NCBI GenBank assembly: GCA_029547265.1
Contig: JAKPPP010000195.1
Span: 795 to 64,794, forward strand
Direction of reading: 5' to 3'
From: Bacteroidota bacterium
Lineage (GTDB): Bacteria; Bacteroidota; Bacteroidia; AKYH767-A; OLB10
Length of the DNA: 64,000 nt
How positions within the stretch are numbered: position 1 is the stretch's first letter; each line of letters opens with the position of its first letter. Below are positions 10,322-20,884 of the stretch, in pieces. The notes beneath the pieces were generated by a model. The model ran no database searches. It had not been told where the DNA came from and saw nothing but the letters and a program-made list of their open reading frames with translations. The position numbers and the translations under genes were made by a program.

Positions 10322-12133
10322 ATGCAATCAATTCGCAACATCGCCATTATCGCCCACGTTGACCACGGCAAAACTACATTGGTCGACAAAATTTTACATC
10401 AAACTCAATTATTCCGTGACAATGAAAAAACGGGAGATTTGATTCTTGATAACAACGACCTTGAACGTGAGCGTGGAATTACCATTGTCGCTAAAAACGT
10501 TTCTGTTAACTACAAAGGACATAAAATCAACATCATTGATACACCGGGCCACGCCGACTTCGGAGGTGAGGTTGAGCGTGTAATGAACATGGCTGACGGA
10601 GTAATTTTGTTAGTAGATGCCTTTGAAGGTCCGATGCCGCAAACGCGTTTCGTACTTACAAAAGCAATTGAAATGGGCAAGCGTGCCGTGTTGGTTATCA
10701 ACAAGGTAGATAAAGAAAATTGTCGCCCTGAAGAGGTACATGAAAAAGTATTCGACTTATTCTTCCACCTTGATGCAACTGAAGATCAGTTAGGATTCCC
10801 TACTGTTTACGGTTCATCGAAACAAGGTTGGATGAGTTACGATTATAAAAATCCTACTACCGACGTAACAGCTTTATTAGATACAATCATTGATTACATC
10901 CCTAAACCGGAAATCGTTGAAGGAACGCCTCAGATGTTAATTACATCATTAGACTTCTCTTCATATGTTGGTCGTATTGCTATCGGACGTATTAGCCGTG
11001 GATCATTAAAAGAAAACCAACCGGTTACTTTGATGAAGCGCGACGGAACCATGAAGAAATCACGTATTAAAGAAATCTTTGTTTTCGAAGGCTTAGGTCG
11101 TCGTAAGGCAGAAATCGTAACGTGTGGTGATTTATGTGCCGTAACAGGAATCGAAGATTTCGATATCGGTGATACTATTGCTGACTTTGAAAATCCGGAG
11201 GCCCTTACTCCTATCTCTGTTGATGAGCCTACAATGTGTATGCTTTTCACCATCAACAACAGTCCTTTCTTCGGAAAAGAAGGTCGTTTTGTAACATCTC
11301 GTCACGTTCGTGATCGTTTATACAAAGAGTTAGAGAAGAACTTAGCGATGCGTGTTGTTGAGACTGAATCACCTGATTCATACTTAGTATACGGACGTGG
11401 AGTACTTCACTTATCGATCTTGATTGAAACGATGCGTCGCGAAGGTTATGAATTACAAGTAGGACAACCTCAGGTAATCATAAAAGAAATCGACGGACAA
11501 CGTCATGAGCCTGTTGAACATTTAACAGTTGATACTCCTGAAGAAGTTGCAGGTAAAGTAATTGAATTAGTAACGCAGAAGAAAGGTGAATTAAAAATCA
11601 TGGAGCCAAAGGGTGACCTTCAGCATCTTGAATTTGAAATTCCTGCTCGCGGATTAATCGGATTACGTAGTAACGTACTTACTGCTACAGCGGGACGTGC
11701 AACGATGGCTCACCGTTTCAAAAGCTACGAACCTTGGAAAGGCCCAATCGCGGGACGTATTTCAGGAGTATTGTTAGCGAAAGAAACAGGAACTGCCACT
11801 CCTTACTCTATTGATCGTATGCAAGATCGCGGATTCTTCTTTACTGATCCGGGTGAGGCTGTTTATGCAGGACAAGTTATCGGACAACATATTCGTCCCG
11901 ATGATTTAGTAATCAACGTTTGCGAAGCGAAGAAACTCACTAACATGCGTGCTTCCGGTAGCGACGACAACGTTCGTATTGCACCGGCTGTTAAGTTTTC
12001 ATTGGAAGAATCGATGGAGTATATCGAGAAAGATGAGTACTTAGAAATCACTCCGAAATCATTGAGAATGCGTAAAGTTCACCTCGATGAAAATACGAGA
12101 AAGAGAATGTCGAAGAAAGAAGAAACGGTTTAA
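10322..12133 (+). CDS. typA: Translational GTPase TypA/BipA
   Basis: IRNIAIIAHVDHGKTTLVD, ERERGITI, DTPGHADFGGEVER, NKVD, KKLTNMRASG. Confidence 0.98.
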   Translation: MQSIRNIAIIAHVDHGKTTLVDKILHQTQLFRDNEKTGDLILDNNDLERERGITIVAKNVSVNYKGHKINIIDTPGHADFGGEVERVMNMADGVILLVDAFEGPMPQTRFVLTKAIEMGKRAVLVINKVDKENCRPEEVHEKVFDLFFHLDATEDQLGFPTVYGSSKQGWMSYDYKNPTTDVTALLDTIIDYIPKPEIVEGTPQMLITSLDFSSYVGRIAIGRISRGSLKENQPVTLMKRDGTMKKSRIKEIFVFEGLGRRKAEIVTCGDLCAVTGIEDFDIGDTIADFENPEALTPISVDEPTMCMLFTINNSPFFGKEGRFVTSRHVRDRLYKELEKNLAMRVVETESPDSYLVYGRGVLHLSILIETMRREGYELQVGQPQVIIKEIDGQRHEPVEHLTVDTPEEVAGKVIELVTQKKGELKIMEPKGDLQHLEFEIPARGLIGLRSNVLTATAGRATMAHRFKSYEPWKGPIAGRISGVLLAKETGTATPYSIDRMQDRGFFFTDPGEAVYAGQVIGQHIRPDDLVINVCEAKKLTNMRASGSDDNVRIAPAVKFSLEESMEYIEKDEYLEITPKSLRMRKVHLDENTRKRMSKKEETV

Positions 12134-12152
12134 TCACCATTCTATAAATACT

Positions 12153-12180
12153 AAAAAGGGAGCTCATTGCTCCCTTTTTT
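12153..12180 (+). terminator. Intrinsic terminator after typA
   Basis: AAAAAGGGAGC / GCTCCCTTTTTT hairpin. Confidence 0.85.
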
Positions 12181-12196
12181 ATTTAGTATAAGTCAC

Positions 12197-12224
12197 AAAA
12201 AAAGCGGGATAAATTATCCCGCTT
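12197..12224 (-). terminator. Intrinsic terminator after the M13 peptidase gene
   Basis: AAGCGGGATAA / TTATCCCGCTT hairpin with an A tract on the left (U tract on the minus strand). Confidence 0.8.
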
Positions 12225-12261
12225 AAATAAGAACTTGGTACGTTTTATTTGCAATAAACTA

Positions 12262-14295
12262 TTACCAGATTTTAGCTCTGTCTTTATCGTTACGATACAT
12301 TCCGTTTCCTTCTTTCACATCAAATGCCTTATAAAATTCCGGCATATTTGATAATGTACCTAATACTCGGAAGTTAGCAGGAGAGTGAACATCAGTAAGA
12401 ATACGTTTACGTAACATTTCTTCTTTAATATTTTGTTTCCAAACTTGACCAAACGCTAGGAAGAAGCGTTGTTCTTCATTATATCCATTGATCAATAATG
12501 GAGCAATACCTTCGCGTGAATTTTGAAGCGCTTGATATGCTGTACTTAATCCACCTAAGTCAGCAATATTCTCACCGATTGTCAACTCACCATTGACAAA
12601 TACACCTGGCAGTGCTTCGAATTTATTAAAGCATTCAATTAACACTTTCGATTTCTCTTCAAATAGTTTGCGATCATTTTCTGTCCACCAATCTATCATA
12701 TTACCATTTCCGTCATATTTAGATCCTTGATCATCGAAACCGTGAGTAATTTCATGTCCGATAACAGCACCTAAAGACCCATAATTTGTTGCATCATCGG
12801 CCTCAGGATAATAGAATGGAGGTTGCATAATTGCTGCCGGGAAGACGATCTCATTTAAAGTAGGTTCATAATATGCATTTACTTGATGAGGTAACATTTG
12901 CCATTCAGATTTATCTACAGGTTTACCTAATTTATTAATCATGAACCTGAAAGAAAACTCTTCGGCACGCATAACATTTAACACGAATGCATCGGCTTTA
13001 ACATCAAGTTTTGAATAATCTTTCCATTTATCAGGATACCCTAATTTAGTATTAAAATGGCTTAATTTTTCAAGTGCTTTCTTTTTAGTTTCATCGCTCA
13101 TCCAATCCAAGCGATTAATTCTATTCTTATACGCAACAAGAATGTTTTTAACCATTGCTTGAACTCGACCTTTAAGTTCAGGACTAAAATACTTCTCAAC
13201 ATAAATTTGGCCAACTATTTCACCAATTGATCCGTCGCAAGCACTTAATGCCCGCTTCCAACGCGGACGCATCACTTGAGTTCCATTTAATGTTTTACCG
13301 TAGAAATTAAAATTCTCGTTAACAAATTCGCTATTCAATTGATTGGCATAGGTAGTAATATAATGCCATGTTAAGTAAGCTTTCCAAGTATCAACAGAAA
13401 CTGATTCATATATAGTTGAAAAACTCTTTATGTACTCAGGTTGATTCACAATGATTTTTCCACCGGTAGGAATACCACAAGCTTTAGTGTACACATTCCA
13501 ATCAAATGATGGCGACATTTTAGTTAATTCATCATAAGTACGAGGATTATAAGTTTTCTCTTCATCGCGCATTTCCACACGAGACATAGAGATCTTTGCT
13601 AAATCCGTTTCTAATGAAAGAATAGACTCTGCAGTTTGCTTTGGATTAGCATAATTGATCATCGACAACATTTTTGTCATATGATCAACATATGCAATAC
13701 GATAATTAGCATTACGCTCGTCTTCTTTTAAATAATAATCGCGATCAGGTAATCCAAGTCCACTTTGCGAAATATACAATACATAAGAACTGCTATTCTT
13801 TAAATCACGACCCACATAAAACCCAAATGCATTGTCAACACCCTTTACAGAAAGATCGGCCATACATGTAGCTACGTCTTTTTTAGATTTAAGTGAAGCG
13901 ATTTTCTCTAAATCGGGTTTTATCAAGCTTATTCCTTGAAGTTCAGCTTTAGCTGAATCCATTGCCAACAAATAAAAGTCACGCAATTTTTGATGCAATG
14001 ATCCTTGCGGTGCTTTTGTATCTTTAGCAACACTTTCAACTGCCTTGCGAATCTTCTTGTTGTTTTCTTCAGAAAGTACATCGAAGCTCCCCCATCGGCT
14101 TTGATCGGCCGGTATTGGATTATTTTTCAACCAATTACCATTTGCATAATGGTAAAAATCATCTTTAGGGCTCATAGTAGTATCAATTGAACTGATATCA
14201 ATTCCTTTGATAGGTTTTTGATCTGCCATAAAAGCAAAAGCCAAAGCCGTACCGGTAGTAACAGCTAGCACTGCTAACATTTTCATTTTATTCAT
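12262..14295 (-). CDS. M13 family (neprilysin/PepO-like) metalloendopeptidase
   Basis: DDFY.YANGNW, VNAYY, HEITH zinc motif, GENIAD, HSP..RV. Confidence 0.95.
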   Translation of the reverse strand: MNKMKMLAVLAVTTGTALAFAFMADQKPIKGIDISSIDTTMSPKDDFYHYANGNWLKNNPIPADQSRWGSFDVLSEENNKKIRKAVESVAKDTKAPQGSLHQKLRDFYLLAMDSAKAELQGISLIKPDLEKIASLKSKKDVATCMADLSVKGVDNAFGFYVGRDLKNSSSYVLYISQSGLGLPDRDYYLKEDERNANYRIAYVDHMTKMLSMINYANPKQTAESILSLETDLAKISMSRVEMRDEEKTYNPRTYDELTKMSPSFDWNVYTKACGIPTGGKIIVNQPEYIKSFSTIYESVSVDTWKAYLTWHYITTYANQLNSEFVNENFNFYGKTLNGTQVMRPRWKRALSACDGSIGEIVGQIYVEKYFSPELKGRVQAMVKNILVAYKNRINRLDWMSDETKKKALEKLSHFNTKLGYPDKWKDYSKLDVKADAFVLNVMRAEEFSFRFMINKLGKPVDKSEWQMLPHQVNAYYEPTLNEIVFPAAIMQPPFYYPEADDATNYGSLGAVIGHEITHGFDDQGSKYDGNGNMIDWWTENDRKLFEEKSKVLIECFNKFEALPGVFVNGELTIGENIADLGGLSTAYQALQNSREGIAPLLINGYNEEQRFFLAFGQVWKQNIKEEMLRKRILTDVHSPANFRVLGTLSNMPEFYKAFDVKEGNGMYRNDKDRAKIW

Positions 14296-14500
14296 CGATC
14301 CATTTTATTTGTGGCTCGAAGTAATAAAACAATCTAATAGAAAGCAAAACATTTAGACCATTCACCACATTTTCCTGATAAAACACTCAAAATGACCTTA
14401 AAAACTGTCTTGTCGAATAAATAATCGGTTTGATCGGAATGAATATCAATTTGAGCGAAATTCGCGCTTTTTAATTGCACTTAAAGCTATCTTTGAATTG

Positions 14501-15571
14501 ATGATAGACCGATTATTAGATCACTATAACCGACAATTGCCTAATCCGAAATTGAGAAGTATCCTACTCCACTCTCTATTTTGGTTTGTTTGGCTTTCGC
14601 GTACTATGTACGATATTAAAGATTTGTGGGGATGGAATTGGAGTTTAATTTATATCGGTGTTATTTTTATTTGTCAAGCCCCATTAGTTTATATCCATCT
14701 TTACCTATTAGTGCCTAAACTTTTAAATAAAAGGCATTATGTTGCTCATTTTATTAGCATAGGCTCATTAATTTACCTCTATTCATTTTGCAATTACAGC
14801 ATATTAATGGCATTGCCTAGAGAAGGCATGCCAGATATTATGTTGAGATTCTTAGGTAGAATTCAGCCCAATTTCGATTTATTAGAAGGAATGATAGTGG
14901 TGATACTTACATATGCTTTGAAGTATACTTTAATTGCCTTTATCACTCAAACAGAACTGTTGAAGTTGCAAAAAGAAAAACTTCAGCTTGAATTAAATGC
15001 TTTAAAAGCACAAATACATCCGCATTTTTTATTCAACACCTTAAACAATCTTTATTCGTTAACGCTTAAAAATTCTGAGAAAGCATCTGAAGTAGTTCTG
15101 AAACTATCAGACATTATGCGTTATGTTTTGTATCAAGCGAACGAGCAACAAGTCGACTTAAAAAAAGAAATAGAATTCGCTAAAAACTATGTCGATTTAC
15201 AACGCATCCGTTATCAAGATAAATACAGCATTACATTTGAAACTAGTGGCGATTTCGGAGAATTAAAAGTGGCACCTCTTTTGTTTATCGACTTCATTGA
15301 AAACGCATTTAAACATGGGCTTGAAAGAAGATTTAACGACGGATTTGTCTCAGTAAAATTCAAAATTGAAAAAGACTTGGTATCGTTAAACGTAATTAAT
15401 TCAAAAGGACAAAACGACGAAGATTTACCTGCCGGAAATACTAAACGAAAAGGCATCGGACTACAAAACGTTCAGCGACGATTAGACTTGATTTATGGCG
15501 AATCGCATCAACTAAAAATTGCGGAAACGGATGAAACATTTGAAATTCACTTATTACTTCAACTATCATGA
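14501..15571 (+). CDS. LytS/YehU-type sensor histidine kinase
   Basis: N-terminal TM helices; LKAQIHPHFLFNTLNN, ENAFKHG, GIGLQNV motifs; TATCTTTG at 14488-14495. Confidence 0.93.
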   Translation: MIDRLLDHYNRQLPNPKLRSILLHSLFWFVWLSRTMYDIKDLWGWNWSLIYIGVIFICQAPLVYIHLYLLVPKLLNKRHYVAHFISIGSLIYLYSFCNYSILMALPREGMPDIMLRFLGRIQPNFDLLEGMIVVILTYALKYTLIAFITQTELLKLQKEKLQLELNALKAQIHPHFLFNTLNNLYSLTLKNSEKASEVVLKLSDIMRYVLYQANEQQVDLKKEIEFAKNYVDLQRIRYQDKYSITFETSGDFGELKVAPLLFIDFIENAFKHGLERRFNDGFVSVKFKIEKDLVSLNVINSKGQNDEDLPAGNTKRKGIGLQNVQRRLDLIYGESHQLKIAETDETFEIHLLLQLS

Positions 15572-16278
15572 TTAAGCTAAAATGTATTATCGTTGATGAT
15601 GAACCATTAGCGCAAGAAGTATTAGAAAGATATCTCGAAAATATCAGAGAAATTGAATTGGTAAAAAAATGCTCGAATGCGCTTGAAGCATTTGAAGTTC
15701 TTCATACAGAACATATCGATTTAATGTTTTTAGATATATCTATGCCGGTGATTTCGGGAATTGATTTCTTACGTTCACTGAGAAAAGCACCTGCAGTAAT
15801 TATCACCACCGCTTATCCTGATTATGCTTTACAGGGTTACGAACTCGATGTAGTTGACTACCTTGTAAAGCCAGTATCACTTGAACGATTCATGAAAGGA
15901 GTTAACAAAGCGGTTGAACGTATTAAAGCAATTAATCCTTTACCGGCCCAAGAAGTGAAGCCAACCAAAGTGGATTATATGTTTGTTAAGAGCGATCAGA
16001 AACTAATCAAAATTCGTTTTAGTGATATCGATTATATCGAAGGCATGAAGGACTATGTAAAAATCTATACAACAGAGAAGATGATTGTTACTCTTCACAC
16101 TATGAAATATTTCGAGAGCAATCTTCCTTCAGGTAACTTCATGCGTATTCATAAATCTTATATTGTAAATCTGGATGCCATAAAATCGATAAGCGGAAAT
16201 GAGCTTGAATTGAAGACTGTTCGCTTACCTATCGGTAGCTCATACAAGGAAGTTTTGATGAAGAAAATTTCATCTTAA
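15568..16278 (+). CDS. LytTR family response regulator
   Basis: Receiver IVDDEP..FLDI.MP..TTAY..YLVKP plus LytTR FMRIHKSYIVN; ATGA overlap with the kinase. Confidence 0.95.
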   Translation: MIKLKCIIVDDEPLAQEVLERYLENIREIELVKKCSNALEAFEVLHTEHIDLMFLDISMPVISGIDFLRSLRKAPAVIITTAYPDYALQGYELDVVDYLVKPVSLERFMKGVNKAVERIKAINPLPAQEVKPTKVDYMFVKSDQKLIKIRFSDIDYIEGMKDYVKIYTTEKMIVTLHTMKYFESNLPSGNFMRIHKSYIVNLDAIKSISGNELELKTVRLPIGSSYKEVLMKKISS

Positions 16279-16406
16279 GCACATTTTCTGCCATTGCACC
16301 CCTATACACAAGCGTTTTACCGAAAAGTACAAACTGCAATTTGCCATGTTGAGGGATTTCAGCTAATTTTGAGAGACCAAAACTACCCATTCACCCCTCA
16401 CTAACC

Positions 16407-18761
16407 ATGAAGAAAATTTACTCATTGGTCATCTTAATGATGATCAGCATGATTTCATTTGGACAGTTAAATGTCACTTTGAGATCGCACTTACCATTTT
16501 CGGTAGCATTATCGAATATTGGAGGATACGTTGACAGTTCAGGCAACGAGTATGCCTTAGTAGGCACTTATAACGGATTGTCAATTGTTGACGTAACAGA
16601 TCCTGCTAACCCCGTTATTAAATTTAACATCCCCGGAACAAATAGCGATTGGAGAGAAGTGAAAACATGGCAAAACTATGCTTATGTTACTACTGAGGGA
16701 TGCTGCAACGGATTGCAAATTTTGAATTTAGGTTATCTTCCTGACTCGGTTCCAATGAAATATTACAAAGGAAACGGCGCAATTAACAATCAAATAAACA
16801 GAATACATGCTTTACATATAGATGCCGGATTTGCTTATTTATACGGAAGCGATTTATTTAGTGGTGCGGCAATAATTCTCGATTTAAGTAATCCTTGGTC
16901 GCCAAATTACATGGGACATACACCTGGAACTTATATCCATGACGGATATGTTCGTAATGATACATTATTTGGATGTCATATCTACGATGGGTATTTCTCC
17001 GTGATTGACGTAACAAACAAAGCTAATCCTGTTACAATTACAACACAAAATACTCCGAATTTATTTACTCATAATTCATGGTTAAATGATGCAGGGAATG
17101 TGCTATTTACTACAGATGAAGTGAGTGATTCTTATTTAACTTCATACGACATTTCCGATCTTAACAACATCACCGAACTTAATCGAATTCAACTTACGCC
17201 CGGATCAGGGTCGATTGTTCATAATACTCATACATTAAACGACTTTGAAGTTGTTAGTTGGTACAAAGACGGAATAGCAATTGTAGATGCAAGTCACCCC
17301 GATAATATGATTGTTACTGGAAGTTATGATACATATTCTCAAGGTTCGGGAGATGGATTTAACGGATGTTGGGGAGTTTATCCGTATCTTCCTTCTGGAA
17401 ATTTAGTTGTGTCGGATATCGATAATGGACTTTATGTACTAACGCCTACGTATGTACGAGGATGTTATTTAGAAGGTAATGTTACAGATTCTGTAAGTGG
17501 TTCCCCATTAAACGGAGTTACTGTAACAATCTTAACAACATCAATTAGCAAGCAAACAAAAATAACAGGAGATTATAAAACCGGATTAGCAACTGCAGGA
17601 ACATACGATGTTCAGTTTTCGAAGGCAGGTTATGTTACTAAAACTATTACAGGTGTATCGTTACAAAATGGTGTTTTAACGAATTTAAATGTGCAGCTTA
17701 CAAGCTTTGCAACAATTACGGCTACGGGTACCGTTATAAATTCTAATACAGGTGCTCCAATTGCTAATGCAACTATCCACTTCAGCAATTCGCAATTCGA
17801 TGTTACAGCCACTACTAATGCGTCTGGACAATATACTTTAAATAGTTTCTATGGTGGAACGTACGATATTACCGCCGGTAAATGGGGATTCCGTAACGAT
17901 TGCAGCAACCAATCAGTAACAGCTACTCCTCTTACCATTTATTTAACTCCGGGATATTATGACGATTTCGCTCTTGATTTCGGATGGGCAATATCAGGTC
18001 CTTCGGGCAACACATGGGAACGTGCCATTCCTGTCGCAACAATGAATAATTCAGCAATGGCTAATCCGGGAAGTGATGTTACAGGTGATTGTGGTGATAT
18101 GGCATTTGTTACTGATAACGGTGGTGGCGGTCCATGGGATAACGACGTTGATAATGGAGCTACAATCCTTACTTCACCTTCATTTGATGGTACATTATAT
18201 ACTGCTCCGCGATTGTCTTATGCTCGATGGTTCTATAATGGAGGAACTACAAACGGACAACCGGATGATACTATGAGCGTTTATATTTCAAACGGAACAA
18301 GCACTGTTCTTTTAGAACGTACATATGCAGGTCAACCTTTACAAAGTCAATGGGTAAATCAGAATTTCCTATTAAGCAACTTTATCGCCTTATCGAACAA
18401 TATGCACTTGATAGTGAATATTAGTGATCCTGGTCCGGTATTCAACATTGTTGAAGGCGGGTTAGATAACTTCAAAATAGACGAAACAGTTGGTCTCTCG
18501 ACAGTTAAGGGTGCTGATGGCATTCTAAATGCTTACCCTAATCCTTTTATCAACAGCATTACCTTTACCTTAGCGGGCAACGATAAACTTGCATCGACTT
18601 TGGTTATTACCGATATTACCGGACGTGTTTTAGAGCAAATTCAAGTGACAGGAACTAATCAGAAGGTGGAGATGGGCAAAACATTACCGGCAGGATTATA
18701 CATCGCAAGATTGATGAAATCGGACGGAACAAGCACTGATATTAAAATTACTAAGCAATAA
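16407..18761 (+). CDS. Choice-of-anchor B-type secreted protein (LVIVD-like propeller, carboxypeptidase-regulatory-like domains, T9SS type A CTD)
   Basis: WREVKT, YIHD, THNSW, TTDE, HN motifs, GCWGVYPYLPSG; C-terminal YPNPF..GLYI; TAATTTTG at 16364-16371. Confidence 0.85.
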   Translation: MKKIYSLVILMMISMISFGQLNVTLRSHLPFSVALSNIGGYVDSSGNEYALVGTYNGLSIVDVTDPANPVIKFNIPGTNSDWREVKTWQNYAYVTTEGCCNGLQILNLGYLPDSVPMKYYKGNGAINNQINRIHALHIDAGFAYLYGSDLFSGAAIILDLSNPWSPNYMGHTPGTYIHDGYVRNDTLFGCHIYDGYFSVIDVTNKANPVTITTQNTPNLFTHNSWLNDAGNVLFTTDEVSDSYLTSYDISDLNNITELNRIQLTPGSGSIVHNTHTLNDFEVVSWYKDGIAIVDASHPDNMIVTGSYDTYSQGSGDGFNGCWGVYPYLPSGNLVVSDIDNGLYVLTPTYVRGCYLEGNVTDSVSGSPLNGVTVTILTTSISKQTKITGDYKTGLATAGTYDVQFSKAGYVTKTITGVSLQNGVLTNLNVQLTSFATITATGTVINSNTGAPIANATIHFSNSQFDVTATTNASGQYTLNSFYGGTYDITAGKWGFRNDCSNQSVTATPLTIYLTPGYYDDFALDFGWAISGPSGNTWERAIPVATMNNSAMANPGSDVTGDCGDMAFVTDNGGGGPWDNDVDNGATILTSPSFDGTLYTAPRLSYARWFYNGGTTNGQPDDTMSVYISNGTSTVLLERTYAGQPLQSQWVNQNFLLSNFIALSNNMHLIVNISDPGPVFNIVEGGLDNFKIDETVGLSTVKGADGILNAYPNPFINSITFTLAGNDKLASTLVITDITGRVLEQIQVTGTNQKVEMGKTLPAGLYIARLMKSDGTSTDIKITKQ

Positions 18762-18778
18762 TTAGCATTAGTTCATTG

Positions 18779-18808
18779 AAAAGGCTCCTAAATCAGGAGC
18801 CTTTTTTT
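18779..18808 (+). terminator. Intrinsic terminator
   Basis: AAAAGGCTCCT / AGGAGCCTTTTTTT hairpin. Confidence 0.85.
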
Positions 18809-18900
18809 ATACACCTCTACCTGTTGAAAGACTTTATGAAGAAACAGGAAAGAGCGCGCGATTAGTCTCAATATTTGTAGTTCATTTACGTTAGAGCTAC

Positions 18901-20823
18901 ATGTTTAAGGTTATAGGCAGTTTCATCGCATTATTCATTTTTGTTTCGACACCCGTTTCAGCCCAAAACAAGGCTAGGTGTCCTGAATCGACCGTTAAAA
19001 AATCGAATAAATATTACGATGATGCCAAAGACGCGAAGAAATCACGAGATCCTTATAAGAAGATTAAAGAACTTGTATTAAAATCGCTTGAAGAAGATTC
19101 GTTGAATGGAAATGCATGGTTGCTTTACGGCGATGTTGCTTTCACTAACCATGACGATGAAAACATGGCTAAAGCTTATGCAAAGGTTATTGAAATTTGT
19201 CCCGATGCCAGCGCAGAAGCATATTATCGTTTAGGAAATTATCAATACCAAAAAAAGGACTATAAAGCAGCGATCGATAATCTTCAATCCTTTCTCGACT
19301 TCAACAAAGTAAAAGAAGAAAATGGATTAGATGCAGCTCAAAAAATTCAACGAGCTAAAATCATGTCGAATCCTGTGCCATTTAATCCCGTGCCATTGAA
19401 GAATGTCTCAGGTGGTGATCCCGAATACTTGGCGGTGATATCACCCGATCAAGAGATTTGTTTTTTCACAAGACGATTTGATGAAGTAAAAAAAGGGTCA
19501 CTATATCCGAGTAACGTTGAAAAATTTATGATGGCGACTCGTATCAATGGCGAATTCAGCAAAGGTGAACCCATGCCACCACCGTTCAATAAAGCGGTAA
19601 ACGGAAACGAGGGTGGTGCGTCCGTAACAATTGATAACAAACATTTATTTTTCACTGTAAACAAAGCGGGTAACTTCGATATTTATACAAGTGATGAAGT
19701 AAAAGGAAAATGGACAGAGCCGGCAAGTATCGGCAGTAATGTTAATGATCCGAAATTATGGGATAGTCAACCAAGTGTTGCACCAGATGGAAGAACGCTT
19801 TACTTTGCAAGCTTCCGTGACTCTATAAACATGACAAGTGATATTTATCTCACAAAAAAAGATGAAAAAGGGAATTGGGGTAAGCCACAACCGTTACCTG
19901 CACCGATAAACACAAAGGGAAATGAAAAAACTCCTTTCATGCACCCTGACAACAAAACATTTTATTTCAGTTCCGATGCTTTACCTGGAATGGGGGGCTA
20001 TGATATTTACATGAGTAAGTTAAAAGATGATGGCAGTTGGTCTACACCAATAAATGTTGGGTATCCAATTAATACGGAAGCAGATGAAGTGGGATTCTTT
20101 GTAAGTACTGATGGTAAAAAAGGATATTATGCTTCAAATAGCCTTAAAGGAATCGGAGGATATGATATTTATGAATTCGACTTGCCCGAAAAAGTAAGGC
20201 CAGAGAAAGTATTATTCATTAAAGGAGAAGTTGAAGGTGATAAAGAAGCTATTGCTACAGCTAAAATTGAATTAAAGAAAGCAATTGGCAAAGAAAATTA
20301 TGATGTTACTTATGATACCATCACCGGAAAATATGCATCGGTAGTAGCATTTAATGACGACTTTATGCTGACTGTAAAAAAGCAAGGTTATGCATATAAT
20401 TCGGCTTACTTCTCTAAGGAAGATAGCACCTTGGAAGCTCCGAAGAAAGTGAATCTGCAATTAAAGAAAACAGAAGTTGGTCAAAGCTATAAACTTAATA
20501 ATATTCTATTCTCGACAAATTCATCGGAGTTAAATCCTCAAGACAAAAATATCCTTACCGATTTCAGTGATTATTTAAAATTAAATCCAGGGTTAAAAGT
20601 TACTATCCAGGGGCACACCGATAACTCGGGTAGCCCCACTGATAATATGAAATTATCGGAAGATCGAGCTAAATCAGTTTATGATTTTTTATCACAATGT
20701 GGAATAGTAAAAACGCGATTATCATATAAAGGATTTGGAGAAACGAAGCCAGTATCTAGCAATGAAAATGAAGATGGAAAAGCACAAAATCGACGAACGG
20801 AATTTGTGATTTTAAGCAAATAA
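18901..20823 (+). CDS. PorE-like OmpA family protein (TPR, PD40 propeller, OmpA_C)
   Basis: TPR helices; PD40 repeats (WDSQPSVAPDGRTLYFAS, GMGGYDIY); OmpA GHTD..N..LS..RA..V and NRRTEF. Confidence 0.9.
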   Translation: MFKVIGSFIALFIFVSTPVSAQNKARCPESTVKKSNKYYDDAKDAKKSRDPYKKIKELVLKSLEEDSLNGNAWLLYGDVAFTNHDDENMAKAYAKVIEICPDASAEAYYRLGNYQYQKKDYKAAIDNLQSFLDFNKVKEENGLDAAQKIQRAKIMSNPVPFNPVPLKNVSGGDPEYLAVISPDQEICFFTRRFDEVKKGSLYPSNVEKFMMATRINGEFSKGEPMPPPFNKAVNGNEGGASVTIDNKHLFFTVNKAGNFDIYTSDEVKGKWTEPASIGSNVNDPKLWDSQPSVAPDGRTLYFASFRDSINMTSDIYLTKKDEKGNWGKPQPLPAPINTKGNEKTPFMHPDNKTFYFSSDALPGMGGYDIYMSKLKDDGSWSTPINVGYPINTEADEVGFFVSTDGKKGYYASNSLKGIGGYDIYEFDLPEKVRPEKVLFIKGEVEGDKEAIATAKIELKKAIGKENYDVTYDTITGKYASVVAFNDDFMLTVKKQGYAYNSAYFSKEDSTLEAPKKVNLQLKKTEVGQSYKLNNILFSTNSSELNPQDKNILTDFSDYLKLNPGLKVTIQGHTDNSGSPTDNMKLSEDRAKSVYDFLSQCGIVKTRLSYKGFGETKPVSSNENEDGKAQNRRTEFVILSK

Positions 20824-20884
20824 AACAGATAATAATAAGGTCAACGCTAAAACAGAATCGACCTTTTCTTTTTATTATTTCAAA

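Noticed and set aside
14340..14480. LytTR direct-repeat operator
   Set aside because: Loose (T/G)CG(G)AA-like repeats at roughly 21-bp spacing are too degenerate to support by eye.
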